In this document: positions 18,771 through 28,355 of the stretch, one piece after another | Position numbering within the stretch: the stretch's first letter is position 1 | Layout of the letters: every line of letters starts with the position of its first letter | Source: Candidatus Sericytochromatia bacterium | GTDB lineage: Bacteria > Cyanobacteriota > Sericytochromatia > UBA7694 | DNA: 64,000 bases | Assembly: GCA_018780035.1 (NCBI GenBank) | Contig: JADMKE010000047.1 | Span: 7,823-71,822, forward strand | Reading direction: 5' to 3' | The notes under the pieces: model-generated | What the model saw: only the letters and a program-made list of their open reading frames with translations | Database searches by the model: none | What the model was told of the DNA's origin: nothing | Made by a program: the position numbers and the translations under genes

Positions 18771-19328
18771 ATGATACCATACAGCATGCGCCAATTTTTG
18801 ATTGCAATACAGGGCCAAAACCGAACCGGCATCGTGGCAGAAGCCACAGGGCTGCTCTATCGCCATGGGGTCAATATCACGGATTCGTTTATGACCACCC
18901 TGCGCTCGGAATTCACAATGATGATGATTGTGCAATTGCCCGAAGGCCTGGATTTTCAGACCTTTGAAAATGACTTGAATGCCTTGGGGAATCAGGCTTT
19001 GGGAGTGTTTCTGCGCCCGCTTTTGGATTCTGAGACCTTACACGGCAATGCTGAGAGTGTTCCCAATTACTCTCTTTCCGTGCTCGGGCGCGACCAAGCC
19101 GGGATGATCTTTAAATTCTCGCAGCTTTTGGCGCAGCAAAAAGTGAATATCACAGACGTGAATACCCGCCTGCTCGATGGCAGCCAACCCCCGCTTTATG
19201 CCATGATCATGGAGACTTTTGTGCCTCCTGCATTGGCGTTAGAGGACTTAAAAATGGCCTTACACGCCGTGGCCGCTGAAATGGGTGTCGATGCCCATTT
19301 TCACCCGCTTGAACAGCTCGAAATTTAA
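18771..19328 (+). CDS. tandem ACT-domain protein (GcvR-like)
   Basis: FLIAIQGQNRTGIVAEATGLLYRHGVNITD and SLSVLGRDQAGMIFKFSQLLAQQKVNITD are two ACT-type segments. An alternative start is ATG 18786. Confidence 0.7.
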   Translation: MIPYSMRQFLIAIQGQNRTGIVAEATGLLYRHGVNITDSFMTTLRSEFTMMMIVQLPEGLDFQTFENDLNALGNQALGVFLRPLLDSETLHGNAESVPNYSLSVLGRDQAGMIFKFSQLLAQQKVNITDVNTRLLDGSQPPLYAMIMETFVPPALALEDLKMALHAVAAEMGVDAHFHPLEQLEI

Positions 19329-19330
19329 AT

Positions 19331-19849
19331 ATGGCGATCCGCGAGGTCTTGGTCTATCCCCATCCATTGCTGCGCCAAGTCGCTTTGGCGGTGGAAGATT
19401 TTAGCGCCGCTCAGCCCGTGATTCAAGACCTCTGCGATACCATGAATGCCTCGGGCCATTCTGTGGGTATTGCCGCTCCGCAAATGGGTTCGCTCTTGCG
19501 CATTATTGTGATCGACTGCTCAAAACATGTCAAAAAGAGCCAAGGCCAATTGGTGCTGGTGAACCCCGTGATTCTGGAGCGCGAAGAGCATTACAGTATG
19601 CGCGAGGGCTGTATGTCGCTGCCCGATTACCTCGGCCCTGTCAGCCGCGCCCGTCGGATTCGGGTCAGGGCCCAAGACCCCACGGGCATGGCCTTTGAAA
19701 TTCAAGCCGCCAAATTTGAAGCCGTCGTGATTCAACACGAAATTGATCACCTCGACGGCATTTTGTTTATCGACCGGGTGGCCTCACCCCGCACTGAGCT
19801 GATGCGCCGCAGCCAGATGCTGCAACGCCAGGTGTCAGAGGAATCTTGA
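19331..19849 (+). CDS. def: peptide deformylase
   Basis: Motifs GIAAPQMG, EGCMSLP and QHEIDHLDG. Confidence 0.95.
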   Translation: MAIREVLVYPHPLLRQVALAVEDFSAAQPVIQDLCDTMNASGHSVGIAAPQMGSLLRIIVIDCSKHVKKSQGQLVLVNPVILEREEHYSMREGCMSLPDYLGPVSRARRIRVRAQDPTGMAFEIQAAKFEAVVIQHEIDHLDGILFIDRVASPRTELMRRSQMLQRQVSEES

Positions 19850-19864
19850 TTCAAGAAGCGCTGA

Positions 19865-20959
19865 TTATTTTAAATCAGCCATGACTTTTTGCAATTTGCC
19901 CATCAGGGGCATAAAAGACACCATCTGGGCCATCAATTCGGTGTCGTTAAAAAGTTCGCTAAAGAGTGCCAACGGGTTTTGCTTGGTAGCATCAGACCCC
20001 GTGCTGAATTTTTGGAGCATAAAATCCAAAATGCGATTCTGCAGATTTTGGGCCAGACTCAAACTGGCGTAGAGAGTCAAATGGGCCGATTGTAATTGAT
20101 CCGGTGGATGCAAGGCTGCAAATTCATTCCGCAGGGTTTGCAATTGATCTTTGTATTTCTGAACCTGAACCTTCAGATCCTGGCTTTGGGTATCTCCTGT
20201 TTCACTGCCACTGCGGCCGCCGGAAAGGAACATCGTCGGAAAGAGAAAAGACATCGGGTTGCTGAGCTTGTTTTTGGCAAACAGCGCTTTGAGCTTCTCT
20301 TGGTAAGCGGCGCGATCCAAAGATGCTCCCTGTTGTTTGCTCAGGCTCTCGGCCCGAAAACTTTCCAGGGTAAAATCTGTGAAGATCTCCATCACCGCAG
20401 GGGTTTGCTTTTCAAGCAGGTCAAAGTCACTTTTGTGGGTCTTGCGAAAGCTTTCAAAACCCTGTTTAAAGGTTGTGATGCTCGAAAAATCCAGCTCTTT
20501 TTGCATTTTTTCGGTGAGGGTGTCATTGAGATTAAAAAACGCCAGGATTTGGGCGTGTTTTTCGGCGGCTTCAGGCGGGGGTATCAAAGCCTGTAATTTG
20601 TTCTTGAGGTTTTTAAGCGCTTTGATGCTGCCTTCCAGCGATTTTTTCTGAAGTTCGCTGTTTTCACCAAAAGCGGGGCTGCTAGACCCCGAAAGCGCGC
20701 TGGGTAGTGTCAAACTTGTGGTTGGCAAAGCTGGGGAGGTGGTGGAGAGGCCTGCGCCCAAGGCCATAGAAAGAGCCATTGAGCTGGTATTGACACCTTC
20801 TAGATTGGTTTTGCCATAATCTTTAAACAGACTGGCAACCTCGCGGCTGTAGTCTCCCTGGCTGAGTTTGGCAGGAACCGTGGCAATTTGTGACACGGGC
20901 TGACAGGCAAAGGCAGTTAAGAGACAGAGAGAGACAAGGCCGTTCTGGATTTTAGACAT
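19865..20959 (-). CDS. hypothetical lipoprotein
   Basis: Signal peptide with lipobox LLTAFAC. The rest is helical and Lys/Gln/Leu-rich, with no family recognised. Confidence 0.6.
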   Translation of the reverse strand: MSKIQNGLVSLCLLTAFACQPVSQIATVPAKLSQGDYSREVASLFKDYGKTNLEGVNTSSMALSMALGAGLSTTSPALPTTSLTLPSALSGSSSPAFGENSELQKKSLEGSIKALKNLKNKLQALIPPPEAAEKHAQILAFFNLNDTLTEKMQKELDFSSITTFKQGFESFRKTHKSDFDLLEKQTPAVMEIFTDFTLESFRAESLSKQQGASLDRAAYQEKLKALFAKNKLSNPMSFLFPTMFLSGGRSGSETGDTQSQDLKVQVQKYKDQLQTLRNEFAALHPPDQLQSAHLTLYASLSLAQNLQNRILDFMLQKFSTGSDATKQNPLALFSELFNDTELMAQMVSFMPLMGKLQKVMADLK

Positions 20960-20980
20960 GGCGACACACCCACTTTAAAT

Positions 20981-21010
20981 ATTTGACTACACTTTATTTG
21001 ACTACACTTT
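20981..21010. repeat. perfect tandem duplication of a 15-mer (ATTTGACTACACTTT x2)
   Basis: The copies are at 20981..20995 and 20996..21010, 22 nt upstream of the lipoprotein start. Each copy carries TTGACT. Confidence 0.85.
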
Positions 21011-21032
21011 AGTTTTAGTATAAAGCCTGATT

Positions 21033-22226
21033 TCAAAAATACAACTCAAGCTGGGGCAAAGTCAGCCGTTTAAACACTGGTCGGTAGAGATCATTCCTGC
21101 GCAGCAAGGTTTCAAAATTGAGTGAATTGCAGGCATAACCCAGCCAAAGTTCTTCACCCCGTTTGCTCGCCTCTGAAAAAGCCGGATGGGCTTTGGCGGC
21201 ATAACAAAAGGTGTTTTTATCATAGTCGGGGCTTTCAGGCCTCATTTCGCTGTAAAAGGCGATTTGTTTGACCTGCGCTGTCCAGGGCCCTGTGAGCTGG
21301 GGAGCTGTGCGAATCACCACCTCGCGGCTAAAAAAAGCCGGATGGGTATGAACCATCACCCATTTTTGGCTGTTTTTGTCGAAGTGCAGCGAGGCCTCTG
21401 TTGCGCCTTCGGCTACGAGTATCTCTGCATCAGGGCCATCCAGGCCCGGCTTCCAGTGCTGATCTTGGCTAAAATAATGCAAAGGCCAGGGCGATTGGCC
21501 CAGATCACTGAGCGCGACCCGGTTTAGAATCAGGGGGTGTTTTTTGCTTGGCTCTTCGCGAAAGCTCAGCAGGTAGAGAAAGTCCCCAGATTTAACTATG
21601 GCAATGCCGGGAATGGTGGTCTGGCTTTGACTCAGGGGGCGGTAGCTGATCTGCCAACGCAAAGGATGATCGCTGTAATTGACGATTTCCGCCACAGTTA
21701 CGCCTTTGATTGCAAAATTAAAGCCATTTTCTGGCCCTGAGGTGGTCTCCACTTCTTCCAGCAAGAGATAGAGTTTACCCCCCTGCTCAAAGCCATGGAT
21801 CGGCCAGTATTTGCGCTGGTGTGAGGCTTGAGGCGGGGGCAGAAAAAAGGCGGCAGGCAAGCGTTCAAGGTGTTTACCCACCAGCGTGGTACTTTGGCGA
21901 AAAAAATAATCGACCTCAAAACCCTCGGGCCCACATTCGGAAATCCCCAGGCTATTGGCCACCATGGTGGCTTGGGTGCGGTTGGGGCCTGCTTCTTTGT
22001 TGTCAAAATCCAAAACAAAGCTGTCTCCAAAGAGCCAGACCGTTTTGCCAGACAGCAGAGGCACTGAAAAGATCCCATCACCCCCTCGCCAGTTTTGCTT
22101 AAAAGGAAAAAAAGGCATGCAGGGAATCTCTGCCCGCGCAGGCAGATTCAAGGCAACCAGTGAAGCTGCAAGTGAAGCTGCAAGGAGCAGGGCTGAGCAG
22201 ACGCGCTTAGAGAACCGGGCTGTCAT
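21033..22226 (-). CDS. secreted protein, DUF4185-like (beta-propeller glycosidase-like) candidate
   Basis: Signal peptide. WRGGDGIFSVPLLSGKTVWLFGDSFV resembles the DUF4185-type N-terminal motif. The family call is tentative. Confidence 0.45.
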   Translation of the reverse strand: MTARFSKRVCSALLLAASLAASLVALNLPARAEIPCMPFFPFKQNWRGGDGIFSVPLLSGKTVWLFGDSFVLDFDNKEAGPNRTQATMVANSLGISECGPEGFEVDYFFRQSTTLVGKHLERLPAAFFLPPPQASHQRKYWPIHGFEQGGKLYLLLEEVETTSGPENGFNFAIKGVTVAEIVNYSDHPLRWQISYRPLSQSQTTIPGIAIVKSGDFLYLLSFREEPSKKHPLILNRVALSDLGQSPWPLHYFSQDQHWKPGLDGPDAEILVAEGATEASLHFDKNSQKWVMVHTHPAFFSREVVIRTAPQLTGPWTAQVKQIAFYSEMRPESPDYDKNTFCYAAKAHPAFSEASKRGEELWLGYACNSLNFETLLRRNDLYRPVFKRLTLPQLELYF

Positions 22227-23997
22227 TGCCCAAGAGCTTTTTGCGAATCAGGCTGATCGGCGGCAGGCCTTCGCTTAAAAAGGCATCGTGAAATTCGCGC
22301 AGCGAGAAATCTTGGCCTTTGAGGGCCTGGTAATCCACCCGCAGTTTCTGCAGCATGAGTTTGCCCAGGGTGTAGTAGAGATAAGTGGGATCTGAGGTCC
22401 CTCGCCGGGTTTCGAGCAGGGCGTTGGTGCGCGATTGGTAGCCCTCTTTGACAAAGAATTCCACACCTTCTGCAAAGCTCATCTGGCCGGTGTGCATTTG
22501 AATGCCAACAATATAACGGGCATTGCGCAGCAGGGCGTCTTGCAATTGGCCCAAACGCAGCTTCAGATCGCCTTCTCCGTAGCCCTCATCGAGCATCATC
22601 TGCTCACAATAATGGGCCCAGCCTTCAAAATTGCTGGCCGCAGAGAGAATCTGCCGCACCTTGCTGGGGGCCTTTTGGGCCCAGAGAAACTGGATATAAT
22701 GGCCGGGATACGCTTCGTGAATCGCGGTTGAAATAATCACGCCATAGTTAAAACCCGCCATATACTCCGCAATATCTGCCGCTGGCCAAGTCGGATCGGG
22801 CAGGGTCACATTAAAATACGCTTCGGTGGCTTTGGCTTCAAACGGGCCGGGTGTGTCCATCGAGGCAAAGGTCATGGCCCGCATAAACGAAGGGGTCTCA
22901 GCAATCAATGGCGGCACCTGGGAGGGAATGGTGAGGATCTGCTTTTGAACAATAAAGTCCTGAATGCCGCCCAGCACGTCTCTGAAGCTCTGCAAGAGCT
23001 TTTCGGGTGGGGGGTGATCCTTGCCCAAGGCTGCCAAGACCTGTTCCGGGCTGCTTTGGGGATCCAGTTGGGCCGCAACGGCTTTAAATTGGGCCTGGTT
23101 TTTGCGCAAATCTGCATAACCAATTTCCAACAGGCGGGGCAGAGGCAAATCCACCTTTTCATCGTAAAGCAGTTTTTGGCGGTAATTCTCAGCCCCAATC
23201 CGAAAATCTCCCTTTGAACGCGGCAGCAAATCGCTTTTGAGCCAATCCAAATAGGCCTTGAGTTCGGCGATCACCTTTTGGTTGCTTGCCTGAAATTGGG
23301 CCCATAAAACGGGATCTTTAACATCTTTAAACGCTGCGGGCACATCGTTTTCAAAGAAGGGTATCATGTCCGGGATTTGTTCAATCGCGACCTCGGTGAA
23401 GATTTTGGGCGGGTTCTTGAGATTGGCACGGGCGGCGGCAAAAATGGCGGGAATTTGTTGTTCACGGGCGATGACCGCTTTTAAGCGTTGCTTTGGCGGC
23501 GCAAAACTGCGCGAGATCAAGGTGTAGATGGTTTCGCTGGCCCCACTTGCATAGTTGTCGGGGTTCTTTTCCCAGCCCCGGATCTGTTCGGCTTCGAGCA
23601 ATTGCGCGTTTAAATGGGAGATCAGCAATTCGCGATCTTCGGCTTCCAGGGGGCTGAGTTGTGCCTGCGAAAAGGCGCCCAACTCTTTCAGATAGCGTTT
23701 ATTATCGCGGATATCTGCTTCCACTGCGGCCTTGCTGAAATCTTCCAAAACATGGTCAAAGTCGTGTTTTCCGAGATAAGTGGCATAGGTGGGGTTGTTT
23801 TGCAGATAGTCGACAAAATAGCGTTCGACCCAGGCTTGCCATTTGGGGTTGGTAAGCGGGCTGGCCACTTTGCTGGCCATGCGGACAGGGTCTGCGATGG
23901 GCAAAGTCTGGGCCAAACCCGCAGGAGCAGAGCTGGCGCCGAAACACAGCAGAAGGGCCAAGGCCGAAAGACGTGAAGGTAAACGCTTTAAGAGCAT
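22207..23997 (-). CDS. DUF885 family protein (secreted paralogue)
   Basis: 596 aa with a signal peptide (LLLCFGASSAPAGLA) and the HEAYPGHYIQ motif. Collinear with the 6892..8634 product. Confidence 0.8.
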   Translation of the reverse strand: MLLKRLPSRLSALALLLCFGASSAPAGLAQTLPIADPVRMASKVASPLTNPKWQAWVERYFVDYLQNNPTYATYLGKHDFDHVLEDFSKAAVEADIRDNKRYLKELGAFSQAQLSPLEAEDRELLISHLNAQLLEAEQIRGWEKNPDNYASGASETIYTLISRSFAPPKQRLKAVIAREQQIPAIFAAARANLKNPPKIFTEVAIEQIPDMIPFFENDVPAAFKDVKDPVLWAQFQASNQKVIAELKAYLDWLKSDLLPRSKGDFRIGAENYRQKLLYDEKVDLPLPRLLEIGYADLRKNQAQFKAVAAQLDPQSSPEQVLAALGKDHPPPEKLLQSFRDVLGGIQDFIVQKQILTIPSQVPPLIAETPSFMRAMTFASMDTPGPFEAKATEAYFNVTLPDPTWPAADIAEYMAGFNYGVIISTAIHEAYPGHYIQFLWAQKAPSKVRQILSAASNFEGWAHYCEQMMLDEGYGEGDLKLRLGQLQDALLRNARYIVGIQMHTGQMSFAEGVEFFVKEGYQSRTNALLETRRGTSDPTYLYYTLGKLMLQKLRVDYQALKGQDFSLREFHDAFLSEGLPPISLIRKKLLGNDSPVL

Positions 23998-24008
23998 AAA
24001 AGATCCCT

Positions 24009-25463
24009 TTATTTGGATTTGAGCAGCGGGCTGTTAAACAGGCTGAACTTGATCTCACCTGCGCCACTGGGGTCGCGGTAGAGCGCCGGAAAGTCTTTTT
24101 CAGCTTCGAGTTTGTCCCAAATTCCGCGTTCGAGATCGCTGCTCAGGCCGTTGTAATAGACGTGTAAGACCAGCTCAGATCCTCCAAAGCTGTGGGTCTC
24201 CACCTCTTTGACCTGGGCCACCGTTTTTAAGAAGCGAATAAAAGGCAGGGCCTGTTTGCGGTAGTCGGTGATGCCCGCCAGGACCACATTGGCAGGGGGC
24301 TTAAAGGTCAGATAGACGGTGTTTTCAGCGGCGGCCTCCCGATCCAGGCGGGCCAAAGCGTCGATGCCATCGAGTTTATTCCAGAGCTTGTTTTCCAAAT
24401 CGGCTTGGCTGCCTTCAAAAGTCAGATAAAAGCTGGCCTGTTCCCCGCCCTGGCTCCTGAGTTCCACCGTTTTAATACTGGGGATTTCTTGCAAAACCTT
24501 GATCAGGGGCAGGGCCTGGCGGCGGTAAGTTTTGAGCCCGTTGAGCACCAATTGCATAGACTGAGTGGCCCCGGACGCTGCGCTCAGGGCTTGGTTTTTG
24601 ACTTCTTTGGCGGCCAGCGCCAGCAGATCATCACTTAAACGCGCGCCCAATTCAGCCCCAGCATTTTTGCCGACCTCGGTCAACATGCGCTCCAAAGTGG
24701 GGCCCTGAACGACAAAATACTCTTCCAGATTTAGGCGTTTTTGCCCGGTGGCAGCCAAGATCGCCCGCAGCACCACATGGGCCGAGAGCTGGGGCTGGTT
24801 TTGGGCATTTCGCTCTTGCTTGACGGCATTATTGACCACCAAGACAATATCTGCCCCCTGTTCTTGGGCCAATTCTGCCGCTTTTTCGGGATTGTTTAGC
24901 AATTGACCCAGGGCCTGCCGTTTGCTGCTGAGCATTTTTTCGCTGTATTCCGAGTCGAGCACGGCATAGCCCTGTTTTAAAAGGGCATTTTCCAGTTCCA
25001 GACGCAGGGACGATTCGCCCTGTTCTTGGCCATTCAGGCTTTCTGAAACCAAAACCGCAATCCGGTACCTGTTTTTCGCTGTTTCCAAGCCCGCCAAAAT
25101 TTTGTCCACGGCCTGGGTCAATTCTTTGGTTTTGAGTTTAAACTGGATTTTGACCGTGGCAGAATTCAACTGGTTGCTCTTTTGTTCTAAAAACTGCTGG
25201 CTTTCAAAAAAACTGAGGGCTTTGGGCCCGAGTTCATCGAGTATCAGCTGGAGATTGCGCAAAGGCACGGGGCTTTTGCTGCGCAGATAGGCCTCGATAA
25301 TCCGGCTCAGGGCCTGCCGTTGGGCCAGATGTAAAGCCCCGCTGGCGGTGCTCTCCTCGACAGAAATCACCAGGGTTTCTGAAGGCGTGCTAAATTCTGC
25401 TTGGGCCGGAACTGCTACCAAAAGCAGGCTCAGGGCCAATAATGGGGTGAACAGGCGTTTCAT
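24009..25463 (-). CDS. secreted hypothetical protein with a tandemly duplicated C-terminal domain of about 90 aa
   Basis: Signal peptide (AVPAQA-EF). Residues 303-390 and 391-484 align with each other (LNGLKTYRRQALPLIKVLQEIPSIKTVE / LAGITDYRKQALPFIRFLKTVAQVKEVE, and so on). Confidence 0.6.
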   Translation of the reverse strand: MKRLFTPLLALSLLLVAVPAQAEFSTPSETLVISVEESTASGALHLAQRQALSRIIEAYLRSKSPVPLRNLQLILDELGPKALSFFESQQFLEQKSNQLNSATVKIQFKLKTKELTQAVDKILAGLETAKNRYRIAVLVSESLNGQEQGESSLRLELENALLKQGYAVLDSEYSEKMLSSKRQALGQLLNNPEKAAELAQEQGADIVLVVNNAVKQERNAQNQPQLSAHVVLRAILAATGQKRLNLEEYFVVQGPTLERMLTEVGKNAGAELGARLSDDLLALAAKEVKNQALSAASGATQSMQLVLNGLKTYRRQALPLIKVLQEIPSIKTVELRSQGGEQASFYLTFEGSQADLENKLWNKLDGIDALARLDREAAAENTVYLTFKPPANVVLAGITDYRKQALPFIRFLKTVAQVKEVETHSFGGSELVLHVYYNGLSSDLERGIWDKLEAEKDFPALYRDPSGAGEIKFSLFNSPLLKSK

Positions 25464-25632
25464 GTCAAGCTACCTCTGTGATTCGGATGGGCATTCATTC
25501 TAACAAACTTTTTAGCAAAATTATTTGCGCTGGCGGGTACCTTTTTTACCCTCTCACGCCAAATGCAGCTGAGCGGTTATACTTAAAACAGGGTTCAAAG
25601 CCATTTGCCCAAAACAGACAGGAGCACGGTGT

Positions 25633-26064
25633 ATGACAGATTTGCCCAAAACCCAGCGCCACGATCTCGAAATCGAAGAGATCGAAAAAGATCGCCTGAG
25701 CAGCAAGGTGCGCAAGATTCGCGCCCAGGGATCCGCCGTCGACAATTTTGAAGCCCTCGTGCAAAAAGCCGAAGACCTGGCCAAAAAAATTACCTATCTC
25801 GACGAAGACCTGCGCGTGGTTGAAACCGATTCGGCCCATGAGGTCGTCACCCTGCGCAGCGACGAGCCTCAAAGCAGCCCACAAGAGGTGGAGTATTTCC
25901 AAATGGAACTCCACAAAGACGGCCAGACCCAGCTTGAGCGCAAACGCTACAAACGCGAAGAGACCGAAACCGAAAACGTGGACTTTGTGGTTACCGAAAA
26001 GAACCTGGAGCGCCTGGGCAAAGATCTGGGTAAAGATCTGGGTAAAGATCTCAAGGGGAAATAG
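25633..26064 (+). CDS. hypothetical charged protein with a C-terminal (GKDL)x3 repeat
   Basis: AGGAG lies 8 nt upstream of the ATG. 143 aa, rich in E/K/D. The 12-nt tandem repeat is at 26017..26052. Preferred over the antisense ORF 25546..25914. Confidence 0.45.
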   Translation: MTDLPKTQRHDLEIEEIEKDRLSSKVRKIRAQGSAVDNFEALVQKAEDLAKKITYLDEDLRVVETDSAHEVVTLRSDEPQSSPQEVEYFQMELHKDGQTQLERKRYKREETETENVDFVVTEKNLERLGKDLGKDLGKDLKGK

Positions 26065-26100
26065 CTCTGGCCCAGAGGGCCTCTTGACCAGGGTTATTCA

Positions 26101-27258
26101 TTAATAAATAAACTCTTGCAGATGATAGGGCACACACTTGGCGGGTAGGCCTTTTAAGGCCTCTCGCCAGAGCTGAATCTCTTGCTGTAATTCCGTTTCA
26201 GACAAGGGGATCAGTCCGGCTTGCAAAGCTTGTTCAAAGTAGGGCTGATCCGGGTGAGGCACAAATTCAGACAGAAAAATAAAATCGTTCTTGTCGAGGG
26301 GCAAGGCCTGCAGCAGGGCTGTTGAGGCCTTAAAATGCGCCTGGGCATATTGCTGGCCCCCCGCCCCGATCATCAAGATCAAACCCAAATTCAGTCCTGC
26401 CGCTTTGAGTTTTTGGCATTCGCTCTGCATCAGCTCTGGGCTGCCAGGTTTGTTCAAAAACGCGAGCAGAGCGGGATCTGCGGTTTCTATGCCAAGGTAG
26501 ACGCGGTTCAGACCCAAGGCTTGCAGCTCACGCCACTGTTCTGGGCTTTTGGCTTGGGGGCGAAAAGCGTCCATAAAACTGTAAATAGGCAAACCCGGCC
26601 AAGTCTGACGCAGGAGCCTTAGGGCTTGCAAGAGCAAGGGCTGCGGTGTCATCAAAGCGTCGCCGTCGGCCAAAAATAGGCCTTTGCGCATGGCCGATGC
26701 AGGCCCCAAAAAAGCCTGAACCGCCTTTAAGTGCTGGGCAAAAGCCTCAGTGCTGCGCACCTGGAATTTGCGGTCTTTGTAAAAGTTGCAGAAATTGCAG
26801 GCGTTATACGAGCAGCCCACCGTCAGCTGGACCACGATTCCGAGGTACTGATCCGGTGGCAAGATGCTGATGGGCTGGTAAATCTCAGCAAATTGCTGCC
26901 CCTCTTCCCGCAGGCGCTCGGGTGTCCAATGCAAGATGGTTGACACGGCCTGGGCTTGGTCTGGACTAAAAGACCCCGCAGCCAGCTGGGTGCTGAGATC
27001 TGCGTAAATCTGCCTTAAACGTGCTTCGGCTTGCTCTAAAGGCAGGGATCTGCGAAAACGCCGAATCTTGCCAGCCACACTCTCACGGCCTTTGTGTAAC
27101 CAGGCATTGCTCAAGCCCCGCTGATAAAAATCCCCACCCTCAAAAAGACTGATCGGGCGACCGTCGTGCGCAAATACATAGACTTGCTCCCGGCCGTGAG
27201 AACGTCGGGAGGCGGCCAGACTGTCGCGGTTGATGCGCAGACGAAATTCAGAATCCAT
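26101..27258 (-). CDS. radical SAM domain protein with a variant cluster motif and an N-terminal extension of about 130 aa
   Basis: 385 aa. VGCSYNACNFCNFY is C-x4-C-x2-C, confirmed from the DNA at 26791..26830. It is followed by a TIM-barrel-like pattern (GDALM, YLGIETAD). Confidence 0.75.
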   Translation of the reverse strand: MDSEFRLRINRDSLAASRRSHGREQVYVFAHDGRPISLFEGGDFYQRGLSNAWLHKGRESVAGKIRRFRRSLPLEQAEARLRQIYADLSTQLAAGSFSPDQAQAVSTILHWTPERLREEGQQFAEIYQPISILPPDQYLGIVVQLTVGCSYNACNFCNFYKDRKFQVRSTEAFAQHLKAVQAFLGPASAMRKGLFLADGDALMTPQPLLLQALRLLRQTWPGLPIYSFMDAFRPQAKSPEQWRELQALGLNRVYLGIETADPALLAFLNKPGSPELMQSECQKLKAAGLNLGLILMIGAGGQQYAQAHFKASTALLQALPLDKNDFIFLSEFVPHPDQPYFEQALQAGLIPLSETELQQEIQLWREALKGLPAKCVPYHLQEFIY

Positions 27259-27587
27259 GATGCTCCTTTAATGATCCCTGTTATTGGCTGACGTATTCTA
27301 ACCGCTGCTACTCTTGGTGCCAACCGGATGAGCACCAACTTAGCAAGAGCAAGACGATGATTAAAATGGAAATCAGGAGTAAAATGTAAAGCATTGAAGC
27401 AATAAACCAGAAGACGTTATGCACAAATGGGCTTTAGTTTTGGGGATTTAATCTGCCTGACTGGCATTATTTGGGTACAGCTTTTAACCGCCGTACCTGT
27501 CCAATTGAAATCTGAAAGTGGCATTAACAGACTTAATTTAACCAAACATGCCAAATCTGGAAAACTGAACCAAAGGAAAGACATTCA

Positions 27588-28355
27588 ATGAAAAAAAATG
27601 CAATTTTAGCATCAATATTGGCTTCTATCTCCATCTCTGGTTCTGCCTTTGCTTACCCTGGAGATACTTATAATGAGACTTTAAATTGGATTAAAAATCA
27701 TCAATTTTTATCAAGTCAATTCATTGGTCCGCTTAGTGGCATGGATTTTTGGAAAATTATTGCCTTTCGCCAATTGCAAGACAATGTTTTTTTGGATGTT
27801 GAACTGCATTATGATTCACAGGTAAATGGAGATAAGAAAGCCAAACTTTGGGAAGAATCTTTATATCTTGTTCGGCGTAAATATAATCCAAATAAAGCAA
27901 TTGATGAATATTCAGATAAAAGACCTTGGGAGGACGAAGAATATTTACATATTTGGACAAGGGATAATCCTAAAGCACATTTGATACTCTCACATGTTTA
28001 TGATAAAGAAATGGCAAATGATTTTGAAAAGTCAAAATTGATCTTTCATGGAAACGAATACACTGAAGAAGCTCCTATGTCTTATTACAGAAGGGACTTA
28101 CCGGAAGTAAGTCAATACAAGATATTTGCATGGACTGAAGACGTTAAGATATTTTTAGGAAACCAATATGGATTTGAAGTAAGCAATACGGGTGTCATGG
28201 GCAAAACACCCTATTTCTCTCTCAAAATAATTTCCAAAATAGAAGCTCAGAACAGTGCCAATATTTTAGCGAAAAACCTTAAAATTTACCAAAAGTATTT
28301 AGAAAAAGAGAAGACCAAACAAAAGCGGAATGCGCCTTCAGATATTAAAATTTAG
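27588..28355 (+). CDS. orphan secreted protein in an AT-rich islet
   Basis: Signal peptide MKKNAILASILASISISGSAFA. 255 aa, Lys/Asn/Tyr-rich, with no family recognised. AAAGGAAAG lies upstream. Confidence 0.6.
   Translation: MKKNAILASILASISISGSAFAYPGDTYNETLNWIKNHQFLSSQFIGPLSGMDFWKIIAFRQLQDNVFLDVELHYDSQVNGDKKAKLWEESLYLVRRKYNPNKAIDEYSDKRPWEDEEYLHIWTRDNPKAHLILSHVYDKEMANDFEKSKLIFHGNEYTEEAPMSYYRRDLPEVSQYKIFAWTEDVKIFLGNQYGFEVSNTGVMGKTPYFSLKIISKIEAQNSANILAKNLKIYQKYLEKEKTKQKRNAPSDIKI

Noticed and set aside
26017-26052. Three tandem 12-nt units, considered as a possible CRISPR-like or regulatory repeat
   Set aside because: The units have no spacers, lie in frame within ORF 25633..26064, and simply encode (GKDL)x3. 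This is not a CRISPR array.
26069-26081. GGCCC-AGA-GGGCC hairpin between convergent genes, considered as a terminator
   Set aside because: It has only a 5-bp stem and no flanking T or A run, which is too weak to call.
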